Assembly: GCA_016213885.1 (NCBI GenBank)
Contig: JACQZM010000117.1
Location: 1 to 19,079 of the forward strand
Origin: Candidatus Rifleibacteriota bacterium
Lineage (GTDB): Bacteria; Muiribacteriota; UBA6191; JACPRK01; JACQZM01
Direction of reading: 5' to 3'
DNA length: 19,079 bases
Shown: piece after piece, positions 8,201-14,615 of the stretch
How the letters are laid out: every line of letters begins with the position of its first letter
How positions within the stretch are numbered: position 1 is the first letter of the stretch
The notes under the pieces: model-generated
What the model was told of the DNA's origin: nothing
The model's input: only the letters and a program-made list of their open reading frames with translations
Databases searched by the model: none
Position numbers and translations under genes: made by a program

Positions 8201-8364
8201 CGGGCGAGGATCGGATCCGGAGGAGTCGTGGTGGCGCAGGTCTCCGGACCGGCGCCGACGACCACCGCCCGTCCGCACGAAGGGCAGCTGGCGCGGCCGC
8301 TGGAGTCGACGACGAGCGCCACCCGGTCCGGGCAGTGAGGGCAACAGAGCACGCCGTCGGTCAC
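5209..8364 (-). CDS. Membrane-anchored tandem Ser/Thr protein kinase: N-terminal C4 zinc ribbon, two Hanks-type kinase domains, Pro-rich linker, C-terminal ~9-10 TM domain (PglW-like?)
   Basis: 1051-aa ORF with GAAGGAG RBS upstream of the GTG start. Zinc ribbon: CCPHCP-x17-CPSCG. Kinase domain 1: LGEGGMGKVY, VAVKVV, HRDLKPANIFL, DFGLAR, GTPAYMSPEQ. Kinase domain 2: LGHGGMGQVWLA, VAVKLL, HRDLKPSNVLL, DFGVAAE, GTLAYMSPEQ. C-terminal ~330 aa form successive hydrophobic helices (e.g. LAWLVVLVAVLWFPLSGLAGL, VIALMVLPWC, AVIVMIAIPLLV, LVGVCLSVPALVFALMFY, LGILALLWVSFIAVV, FFFFAVTPIAIVGSLALLA). Confidence 0.9.
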   Translation of the reverse strand: MTDGVLCCPHCPDRVALVVDSSGRASCPSCGRAVVVGAGPETCATTTPPDPILARFSQAFMTQYRIIRTLGEGGMGKVYLARQIELDRLVAVKVVRGDELSTEQIRRLVKEAKVLASLNHTNIVAVHGAGHDGGLPYVVCEYVEGSSLQERLRDPTRLSLRQALRIVLRVLGGLKVAHDKGVVHRDLKPANIFLSREGEPKIGDFGLARAQHLPSGTVAGKIMGTPAYMSPEQCRGQRCTPASDLYAVGVVLFEVVTGQLPFPGPTIPEHLYQHMMTEPPLASSVRPGLPGELDEVIERALEKDPARRFQGASEFRKALLRIYRTVAPGKKSSPKRPKPPPPDRFDPVEGRMLADRYRLVRLLGHGGMGQVWLARDGAMEGSEVAVKLLPLELWCDSESRTNLIKEARLSLKLTHPNIVRLMNLEPGDPPFLVMEFVAGRTLADELASRNESDAGPMTPREALPILEGVAAALDHAHHHGIIHRDLKPSNVLLETGPDGCVRAKLADFGVAAELASFRTRQTGMVPTGTLAYMSPEQMACQKLDVRSDVYALGATLYQMLTLSPPFSGGDLAWAIQNAPVPEPEGVPSPVAAVVLRALAKQRDERPRTVGALVSEFSQALARVGLADRISPPIERGARDSSDPVWPARHSPERLTVRVHPAEDPAYPLDRPEALTSGPTGPAGPDRSDRAPVSPVPESAPPERAGVSGPAAEAPEPARAPRRWDGFCLAWLVVLVAVLWFPLSGLAGLCPRQGWYPETSFFMGLYAGVIALMVLPWCRWPAGFAPGASATAGSLHLQLPCEPIGRRTVLAVLGGHAVIVMIAIPLLVPRPQGQQAFLVGVCLSVPALVFALMFYPGRQVVLSPWKLRGALLGLWLGLTLGVHAIIEGKLDPLVQLVASFGPAVVLFLSQLLYPAPELPPRVSYRLGILALLWVSFIAVVESRAGAALAISLWVATYLGTLLAFRAFCGHPSVQPWVLLVSSLAVSAVSLALQNVSSSGDRVFFFFAVTPIAIVGSLALLASEMKRRRWWIGVLSTLGVAVLQAIATLWSSR

Positions 8365-8610
8365 GAGAGCTCTCCTTCGAGCCGGGCGCCGCTGCTGGCG
8401 GGCTCGCTCTTCCAGGGCCTCGCGATGGGCGCCGAGCGCAGCGTCGTCGGGTCCATCCTAGACCATCGCTCTCGAAGTTCCCAGGCAGTTGTCAGACCGC
8501 ACGCACGGGAGCTGGGAGCTGCCTGCCGGACACCGGCGTCGTCGCGGAGCCCGACGCCACCCGGACGAGTCCGTGAGGCCGTCTCCAGTAGACGCTCGGC
8601 AGCCACGGCA

Positions 8611-10743
8611 CTACACCAGAAACGCCGCCAGCAGGTCCGCCTCGGGACCGGCGAGCTCCCGCACCTCCGAGAAGGTCGCGGCCACCTCGACGACCCCCGT
8701 GGCCAGCAGCCGCTCGACGACCTGCCGGCGCCGGATGTCGATGGGCACGAGCCGGGCGTGCGCACCGGGCTCCTGGAGACGCTCCAGCCGCTTCCAGCAG
8801 GTCGCGACAGCCCGTTCGAGCGTCCGCGGATCGAGCCTGAGCGCCGCGGGTGACGGCGCCGCGTCCAGGGTGATGCTGGCGTCGCCTGCGGCACGGATCC
8901 GCAGGCCACTCCCGGCAAGATGCGCCGCCAGCGCCCGCGTTCCGGCTCCCCCGAGAAACGGGAACACGGCGATCCTCCCCGGCCCCGCCGGGATCACCGG
9001 GACGACCCCGACGGGGATGCCCAGGTGCTCCCGGACCGCCTGGGCCAGCCCGAGCGAGATGGGCATCGGGGCGGTGAAGTAGCGCGGCGCCTGGGCGGGG
9101 CCCGGGCCGGACCGATCGAGATAGGCCCGGCCGTCGGCGGTCGTGGTGAGGTGCCCGGTTCTTCCGGCGAACGCCACCGGTCCGGCCGCCGGGATGCCGG
9201 ACCGCTGGACGTCCCCGAGATGCTCGTGGGTCCCCGCATCGAACACGGCCACGGTGTCGCGGACCTGGCCCATGTTGGTGTGGAGCTTCCGCGGATCGGT
9301 CTCGAACCAGCGCTCCAGGGTCGGCCCGATGCCGTATCGTCCGCCCCGCGCCACGGTGAGCAGCCCCTGCTCGGTCATGGCGACCAGCACGGCCTGAAGG
9401 TGCAGAGCCGGACCGGCCGGGTCGACGACCCCGTCGGGGTCGGCCAGCAGCGCCTCGATCTCCGGACGCCCCACGGTGCCGCTGGAGCGCTGCAGCAGGT
9501 AGCTCGCGATCTGCTGGACCAGCACCGACGCCGCGAAGATCCGGCCGGGGCGCTCGATCTCGCCCTTCCGCGCCAGCGAGAGGATGACCTCGAACATCAC
9601 CTCGTCGGCCCTGCCGCGGGCGACGCCGAGCACCCTCGTGACGTCCTTTCTCCGGCGACAGCCACGGCCGATCTGCTGGAGGAACGAGGTGACGCTGGGG
9701 GGCGCGCCGACCTGGACGACCCAGTCCACGTCGCCGATGTCGATGCCGAGCTCCAGCGTCGAGGTGGCGACGAACACGGCCTGGGCGGCCCGGTGGAACG
9801 CCTCTTCTGCCGCCAGCCGGGTGCTCCTGGAGAGGCTCCCGTGGTGGGCGTAGACGTGGTGTCCCCAGGGAGCTTGCCCTGCGAGCTCCGCCGCCACCTC
9901 CTCGCATCCGGCCCGGCTCCGGGTGAAGACGAGCAGCTTGGCCGCCCCGGAGCGGGGAATCCGCCGGAGCGCCTGCAGCACCGTGCCGCCCCCGGCGAGC
10001 GGTGCGCCGATCGTCTCGATGGTCCGGCTCCCCGCCACCCGGAGGACCCCGGCGCCCGGTGCGAACGCCGCGGCGAGCGAGGCCGGGTCCGCCGCCGTGG
10101 CCGATACCAGGACGGTCTGGAGCGTCGAGCGCGGGTCTCGATCGCCCCGGTCCACGGCCGCCCGGTGGATCCGGCGCACCCTCGACATGAGGATGCCCAG
10201 CTGGTCGCCCCGGGGCGTGCCGTCCACGAGATGGATCTCGTCGAGCACCACCGCACGCACCCCGACGAGCTCCCCGGGCCTTCTCACCAGGAGCGAATCG
10301 AAGCTCTCCGGAGTCGTGATGAGCCACGGCGAGAGCCGCCCCTGTCGGCTCACCGGGTGGTCCGCCGTCTTCCGGCCCAGGACGATGCCGAGTCGCTCCA
10401 GTGGCGGAGCCAGCCGGCGGTAGAGGTCGTTCACCAGCGCCCGGGTGGGGCAGACCCAGAGAAGGGCCGCTCCGGCGTCGGCTCGGGCGAGGTGAAGCTC
10501 GGCCAGAGGCGCCGCAACCGCCTCGGTCTTGCCGCCGGCGGTCGGCGCAGCGACGACGGCGCTCTCCCCGGCCAGGAGCCGGGGGATCGCCGTCCGCTGG
10601 ATCGGCGTCAGTCGCCCGAACCGGCCGAAGAACGCGGGGCCGCAACGCCGGAGGGAGGCGAGGATCGCCCGCTCCAGAGCCCGATCGCTCTCCGGCTTCG
10701 CGAGAAGACCCGGCGGGGTCGAGGGCTCACGATTCGCGGTCAC
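8611..10743 (-). CDS. DEAD/DEAH-box superfamily-2 helicase, Lhr-like (BrxHI-like)
   Basis: 710-aa ORF. Its GTG start overlaps the stop of the upstream gene by 17 nt (gtgaccgcgaatcgtga). Motif I AAPTAGGKTEA, motif II VVLDEIHLV (DEIH), motif III VSATAAD, helicase C-terminal motif VI QQIGRGCRRR. A ~300-aa C-terminal extension follows, as in Lhr-type helicases. Confidence 0.85.
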   Translation of the reverse strand: MTANREPSTPPGLLAKPESDRALERAILASLRRCGPAFFGRFGRLTPIQRTAIPRLLAGESAVVAAPTAGGKTEAVAAPLAELHLARADAGAALLWVCPTRALVNDLYRRLAPPLERLGIVLGRKTADHPVSRQGRLSPWLITTPESFDSLLVRRPGELVGVRAVVLDEIHLVDGTPRGDQLGILMSRVRRIHRAAVDRGDRDPRSTLQTVLVSATAADPASLAAAFAPGAGVLRVAGSRTIETIGAPLAGGGTVLQALRRIPRSGAAKLLVFTRSRAGCEEVAAELAGQAPWGHHVYAHHGSLSRSTRLAAEEAFHRAAQAVFVATSTLELGIDIGDVDWVVQVGAPPSVTSFLQQIGRGCRRRKDVTRVLGVARGRADEVMFEVILSLARKGEIERPGRIFAASVLVQQIASYLLQRSSGTVGRPEIEALLADPDGVVDPAGPALHLQAVLVAMTEQGLLTVARGGRYGIGPTLERWFETDPRKLHTNMGQVRDTVAVFDAGTHEHLGDVQRSGIPAAGPVAFAGRTGHLTTTADGRAYLDRSGPGPAQAPRYFTAPMPISLGLAQAVREHLGIPVGVVPVIPAGPGRIAVFPFLGGAGTRALAAHLAGSGLRIRAAGDASITLDAAPSPAALRLDPRTLERAVATCWKRLERLQEPGAHARLVPIDIRRRQVVERLLATGVVEVAATFSEVRELAGPEADLLAAFLV

Positions 10744-12424
10744 GGCGCGGTCCCTCCACGAACGAGGCGATCTCGTCGGCGACTCGAGCCCAGCTCCAGC
10801 CCGATCGGGCGCGGACCAGATCGAGCCCGTTGACGACGGTCTGGACGACCTCGCGGAGGTTCTTGAACGTGCCGCTCTCGAGCCCGCTCTCGAAAGCCAG
10901 CGCGAGCCGCCTGCGGTCCTGCGGACCGGGTGGTGGAACCGCGGGGAACGCCCACCGGTAGGTCGCGTCGACGCGCTCGATCAACGAGGTCAGCTCGGCC
11001 TCGCCGAGACGGCCCGGCAGGGGCGTGACAAGGCTCTTGTCGGGCAACCACGAGACCAGATCGTCCTGGCCGGGCGCGGGGGTGCAGGCGACGACCAGGC
11101 CCAGGTTCGCCGGCGGCCGCCAGCAGAACGGGATCTTCTTCCTGCCGCCCTGGTAGGAGCCGCCGAGGTATTCGACCGGCAGCGAAGGACCCAGCGCGCT
11201 GGCCACGAGACCTTTGAAGAAGTCGACGGCCCGGCCCTCCATCTCGACGGAGAGGAGTCGCAGGTGCTCCGCCTCGTCGAGGAGGACGACGAGACCGGCG
11301 TGGCCCAGCAGGCGCACCAGGTCGGCCAGGCCGCTGATCAGGTAGGTGAAGTGGCTCGAGAGAGTCGTGTACGAGCCGAGGGAGAGCAGCGCCTGTCGGG
11401 CCGTGCGGACCGCGACCCGAGCCCGGAGGTCGTCGAGGTCGACGTCCTCGCCGGAGATCCACTGGTAGAGGTAGTCCTTGCCAGCGGCATCGCCGGACAA
11501 TCCCTGCCAGTTGAGCAACGTCGGTCCGAGGAACTCGTGCCACGCTCCTCGCCTCCGGCGAGCGAACGAATCGACGACCACCGGGGAGAGCACGGCCCGG
11601 TCGAGCAGCCCCACGAGCCCTCGTCCTCGCGCGTCCTCGCCGGGGACCCTGAGTGACTTCACCAGGGAGCGGTAGACGTTTCGGGGATGGTTCGCCTGGC
11701 ACTCGAACGCGTCGAGGTCGGCCCGCGCCACGACGAAATCCTCGTGGAGCGCCATCCTCCAGATGACGTCCAGCGCGTGGCTCTTCCCGCTGCCGTACGG
11801 CGCCGAGATCACCCTGACCGATCCACCGCGACGCGCCCTGGCCAGGTCGGCGGCGAACAGCCGACGCTCCCTCTCGAGCCCCACCGAGAGCGCCTCCACG
11901 GCGTAGCGCGGGACGATGCCGAACCGCAGCGCCTCCACGACGTTGCGACCCACCCGGCCCCGCCACCGGGCCCGCTCCTCCGGATCCACGGGATCCTGCC
12001 GGGGCTGCTCCTCTAGGCGTGGCCGGGCCGGCTCGTCCCGGGGGCGCTCACGGAGCCCCGACCCGGCGGGCTGACCCGGCGGGAGCTCGGGGGAGCTCTC
12101 GATCGCAGCCGGTGGTGTCGCCGGCGCAGCCCCGGACGCCGCTCCGGACGACGCCGGGGCGGGTGGCCCGTCCGCGACGGCCGTGACCTCCGGGCGCCGG
12201 AGCCAGATCACGAGCCCGATCGGAGGGTCCAACCGCACGAAGAGCTCGTGGCCGCCGAATCGCTCCGCGACCACCGTGCCGTGGCACCGGAAGCGCCCGA
12301 CCAGGACCCGGAACCCGATCATCGACGTCACGAGCGATCGCCGTCCCTGGTCAGTACTCGCCGCCGGCCTCGGCCTCGGTCTCCGATCTCGAGAGCGCCA
12401 GAAGCGACGTCTCGATCGGCGCAT
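10727..12424 (-). CDS. DUF2791/BrxD-like P-loop ATPase, paralogue of the upstream gene; annotated ORF start probably too far upstream (low-complexity N-terminal ~150 aa)
   Basis: Walker A 'VISAPYGSGKSHAL', Walker B 'LVVLLDEAEHL'. N-terminal block 'VGRNVVEALRFGIVPRYAVEALSVGLERE…GGSVRVISAPYGSGK' parallels 'ATRIIHRLGESGQPPTRGVQYFNVGNTRLLD…GGSSFKLVVGQYGGGK' of the adjacent BrxD-like protein. Overlaps the upstream gene by 74 nt as drawn; an internal start (e.g. MIGFRV…) would reduce this. Confidence 0.7.
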   Translation of the reverse strand: MRRSRRRFWRSRDRRPRPRPAASTDQGRRSLVTSMIGFRVLVGRFRCHGTVVAERFGGHELFVRLDPPIGLVIWLRRPEVTAVADGPPAPASSGAASGAAPATPPAAIESSPELPPGQPAGSGLRERPRDEPARPRLEEQPRQDPVDPEERARWRGRVGRNVVEALRFGIVPRYAVEALSVGLERERRLFAADLARARRGGSVRVISAPYGSGKSHALDVIWRMALHEDFVVARADLDAFECQANHPRNVYRSLVKSLRVPGEDARGRGLVGLLDRAVLSPVVVDSFARRRRGAWHEFLGPTLLNWQGLSGDAAGKDYLYQWISGEDVDLDDLRARVAVRTARQALLSLGSYTTLSSHFTYLISGLADLVRLLGHAGLVVLLDEAEHLRLLSVEMEGRAVDFFKGLVASALGPSLPVEYLGGSYQGGRKKIPFCWRPPANLGLVVACTPAPGQDDLVSWLPDKSLVTPLPGRLGEAELTSLIERVDATYRWAFPAVPPPGPQDRRRLALAFESGLESGTFKNLREVVQTVVNGLDLVRARSGWSWARVADEIASFVEGPRRDRES

Positions 12425-13643
12425 CCCAGGAAGGAACCGGCGACTCGCCGTCGACGGATTGCTGCATCAGATGGGCCACCAGAGTCTTCACGAACACCCG
12501 CCGCTGGTTCACCGAGAGCGTCTGCTCGTAGCACCTGCGGGCCAGGGCGCCGATGTTCGCAAGCTGCAGCCCCCGGTCGAACGACCGCCCCTTGTACACC
12601 TCGAACACCGCCAGGATCTTCTCCCCCATGGCGACGAGCAGCTCCTCCCCCGGGAGATCGAGCTCGTCGAGGTCGATACGGGGGGAAAAGGGGTTCCGCT
12701 CCGAGAACACCGTGGGGGCTTCGAGCCGCTGGTGCAACGCGGCGTACCGCGGCACCACGCTCTCCAGGAAATCCGGGGTCACCGAGTAGACGAACAGCGC
12801 CCCGGGGAGCTCCTCGTCGCCGCAGTGGTTCACCACGGAGAGCAGGTTCTCGCAGGCGTACTTCTGGGAGCGCGCGCTCATCATGCTGACCATCCGTTGC
12901 CCCTCGTCGAAGAGCAAGATCAACCCCTGGTAGCCGAGCTCCCTCACGAGCTGGCAGAGGTTCCGGAGCATGCGAAAGGCGTTGTGCTGGTGGGGAGCCT
13001 CGATGATCCCGAACGACCGGAGCTCGCCCCGTTCCAGCTCGTCGCCCTGGAGCCAGGAGCCCAGCGAGCTTCGGGTCTGCTCGTCGCCGCTCGCGACGGC
13101 GCCGACGAACCGCTGGACGGCGTTGCGGAAGCTGGGGTTCTCGACCTTGATCCGCCCCAGCGACTGCACGAACGCATCGAGCATCGCCCCGGTCTCGTCG
13201 GCGTTCTCGGCCTGGGCCGACAGGCGGCTGGAGAGCCCGTAGTAGTGGCCCTTGAGGAACTCGTCGACCCCCCTCTCCGGCTCCGAGGCGGCATCGCCGG
13301 GCGGGGCCTGGATGTTGCGAGCCACGGCCTGGTAGACCCGCAGCGGATCGTCGTACGGACACTCCTTCTGGGAGAGCTGCACGAAGCTCGTGGCGAAACC
13401 GTGCTTCCAGGCGAGCTCCCGGAGACAGAACATCAGGTGGGTCTTGCCGCCGCCGTACTGACCGACCACCAGCTTGAACGACGAGCCTCCCTCTTTCAGG
13501 TATGACTCGAGGTACTCCCTGGTGAGCGTGTCCAGAAGCCGGGTGTTGCCGACGTTGAAGTACTGGACGCCTCGGGTCGGAGGCTGGCCGCTCTCCCCGA
13601 GTCGATGGATGATCCGGGTCGCGTCACGTTTCGAGGGGAGCAT
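12351..13643 (-). CDS. brxD: BREX-type ATP-binding protein BrxD-like (DUF2791 family P-loop NTPase)
   Basis: 430 aa. N-terminal 'ATRIIHRLGESGQPP…GVQYFNVG…GGSSFKLVVGQYGGGKTHLMFCL' (Walker A), 'GLILLFDEGQRMVS' (Walker B). Size and motif order are typical of DUF2791/BrxD. ATG at 13641-13643. Confidence 0.7.
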   Translation of the reverse strand: MLPSKRDATRIIHRLGESGQPPTRGVQYFNVGNTRLLDTLTREYLESYLKEGGSSFKLVVGQYGGGKTHLMFCLRELAWKHGFATSFVQLSQKECPYDDPLRVYQAVARNIQAPPGDAASEPERGVDEFLKGHYYGLSSRLSAQAENADETGAMLDAFVQSLGRIKVENPSFRNAVQRFVGAVASGDEQTRSSLGSWLQGDELERGELRSFGIIEAPHQHNAFRMLRNLCQLVRELGYQGLILLFDEGQRMVSMMSARSQKYACENLLSVVNHCGDEELPGALFVYSVTPDFLESVVPRYAALHQRLEAPTVFSERNPFSPRIDLDELDLPGEELLVAMGEKILAVFEVYKGRSFDRGLQLANIGALARRCYEQTLSVNQRRVFVKTLVAHLMQQSVDGESPVPSWDAPIETSLLALSRSETEAEAGGEY

Positions 13644-13661
13644 GAGGAGTCGTCGCGCCTC

Positions 13662-14564
13662 CTAGCGCAGGCCGATCGCCTGGAAGTAGCTGCCGCCGCC
13701 CTTCTCGTCCGGCACCCAGAGCGAGCGGCCGTAGGCCCGGTCGTGCACCGCCACCTCGAGCTCCAGCTTCCGGCCTCCCACCTCGAAGCGCCGGGAGGCC
13801 CTCAGGCGGGCCAGGTCGTGGGCGAAGCGGAAAAGCGGGTAGTCCTTGAACCGCTTGGCGCTGGGGTCGCGCCGGAAGCCCTCGGACTGCATCTCCCACG
13901 CCAGGTGGCCGAAGAAGGCGAGGATGTCCACCAGCTCTCCCGGCGCCCTGTTCGCCGCCGTGACGCCAAGAGCATAGGCCGCGCTCAGGTGACGCAGAAA
14001 GACGTCGGGATCGAACGGCGGGATCTCGAGGTCGCCCAGGAACCGGGCCGTCGCCTCGCCGACCGCCTCCGGGTCCAGGGCGAGGCCTCGCAGCACGGTC
14101 CGCCGGGCGAACTCGACCTGGGCCCGGCCCGCCGCCGCGTCGATGACGATGCGGATCGCCCCGCAGGCGAACCCGTTGTCCGTGGGTTTCAGTTCCGGCC
14201 CTTCCGGGAGCAGTCTCGCAAGCGTCGCGGCCAGGGCGGTTCCGAAACGGGCAGCCGCGCGGCCCTCCGCGGCACGGGCCGCCTCTTCCAGGCCGTCCAG
14301 CGCCGGCTCGACGTTCGGTGCGCCGGCGACCTTCGAGGCCAGGTCCCGCAGGTGCTTCACCGAATCGAGCACCTGTCGAGGCGCCGCCTCGAGTCGTGGC
14401 ACCTGCTTGGCGAGCGTGGCCACGGCCCGGTCGAGCTCCGCGGCCAGCTTGGCGGCCCGGGAGGTCTCGACCCGCAGCGTCTCGAGGCGCTCGATGGTGG
14501 ATCGGTGGGCGCCGGGCGGCGCCGGCTGGTCGGTCTCGTCAGGCATGTCGCCATTGTAATACAT
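13662..14564 (-). CDS. Hypothetical protein (300 aa), predicted coiled-coil N-terminal third, no recognisable catalytic motif
   Basis: Clean ORF 18 nt upstream of brxD-like and 51 nt downstream of the 624-aa gene. The AT-rich start 'ATGTATTACAATGGCGACATGCC' is unusual for this genome. Heptad-like region 'TIERLETLRVETSRAAKLAAELDRAVATLAKQVPRLEAA'. Confidence 0.65.
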   Translation of the reverse strand: MYYNGDMPDETDQPAPPGAHRSTIERLETLRVETSRAAKLAAELDRAVATLAKQVPRLEAAPRQVLDSVKHLRDLASKVAGAPNVEPALDGLEEAARAAEGRAAARFGTALAATLARLLPEGPELKPTDNGFACGAIRIVIDAAAGRAQVEFARRTVLRGLALDPEAVGEATARFLGDLEIPPFDPDVFLRHLSAAYALGVTAANRAPGELVDILAFFGHLAWEMQSEGFRRDPSAKRFKDYPLFRFAHDLARLRASRRFEVGGRKLELEVAVHDRAYGRSLWVPDEKGGGSYFQAIGLR

Positions 14565-14615
14565 CGCTTGCGAAGTTGACAGACCGTAGCACCGGACGGC
14601 CGCACGAGCCGACCG

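Noticed and set aside
8365-8610. Searched the 246-bp helicase–kinase intergenic region for a promoter (ctgaca … taggat on the minus strand)
   Set aside because: Hexamer spacing (~29 nt) is incompatible with a sigma70 promoter. No convincing -10/-35 pair, so left unannotated.
6557-8853. Large ORFs (6557..7666 '-', 6916..8853 '+', 6767..7273 '+') overlapping the kinase gene
   Set aside because: Low-complexity R/G/P/A-rich translations antisense or off-frame to a clearly motif-bearing kinase ORF. These are GC-content artefacts.
8492-10645. 717-aa minus-strand ORF overlapping the Lhr-like helicase gene in another frame
   Set aside because: The Arg/Gly/Pro-rich translation has no motifs and is typical of GC-rich off-frame ORFs. 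The co-located frame (8611..10743) has complete helicase motifs.
10529-12016. Plus-strand and off-frame minus ORFs (10529..11656 '+', 10740..11966 '-') across the second DUF2791 gene
   Set aside because: No motifs. Overlapped by an ORF with Walker A/B in correct order.
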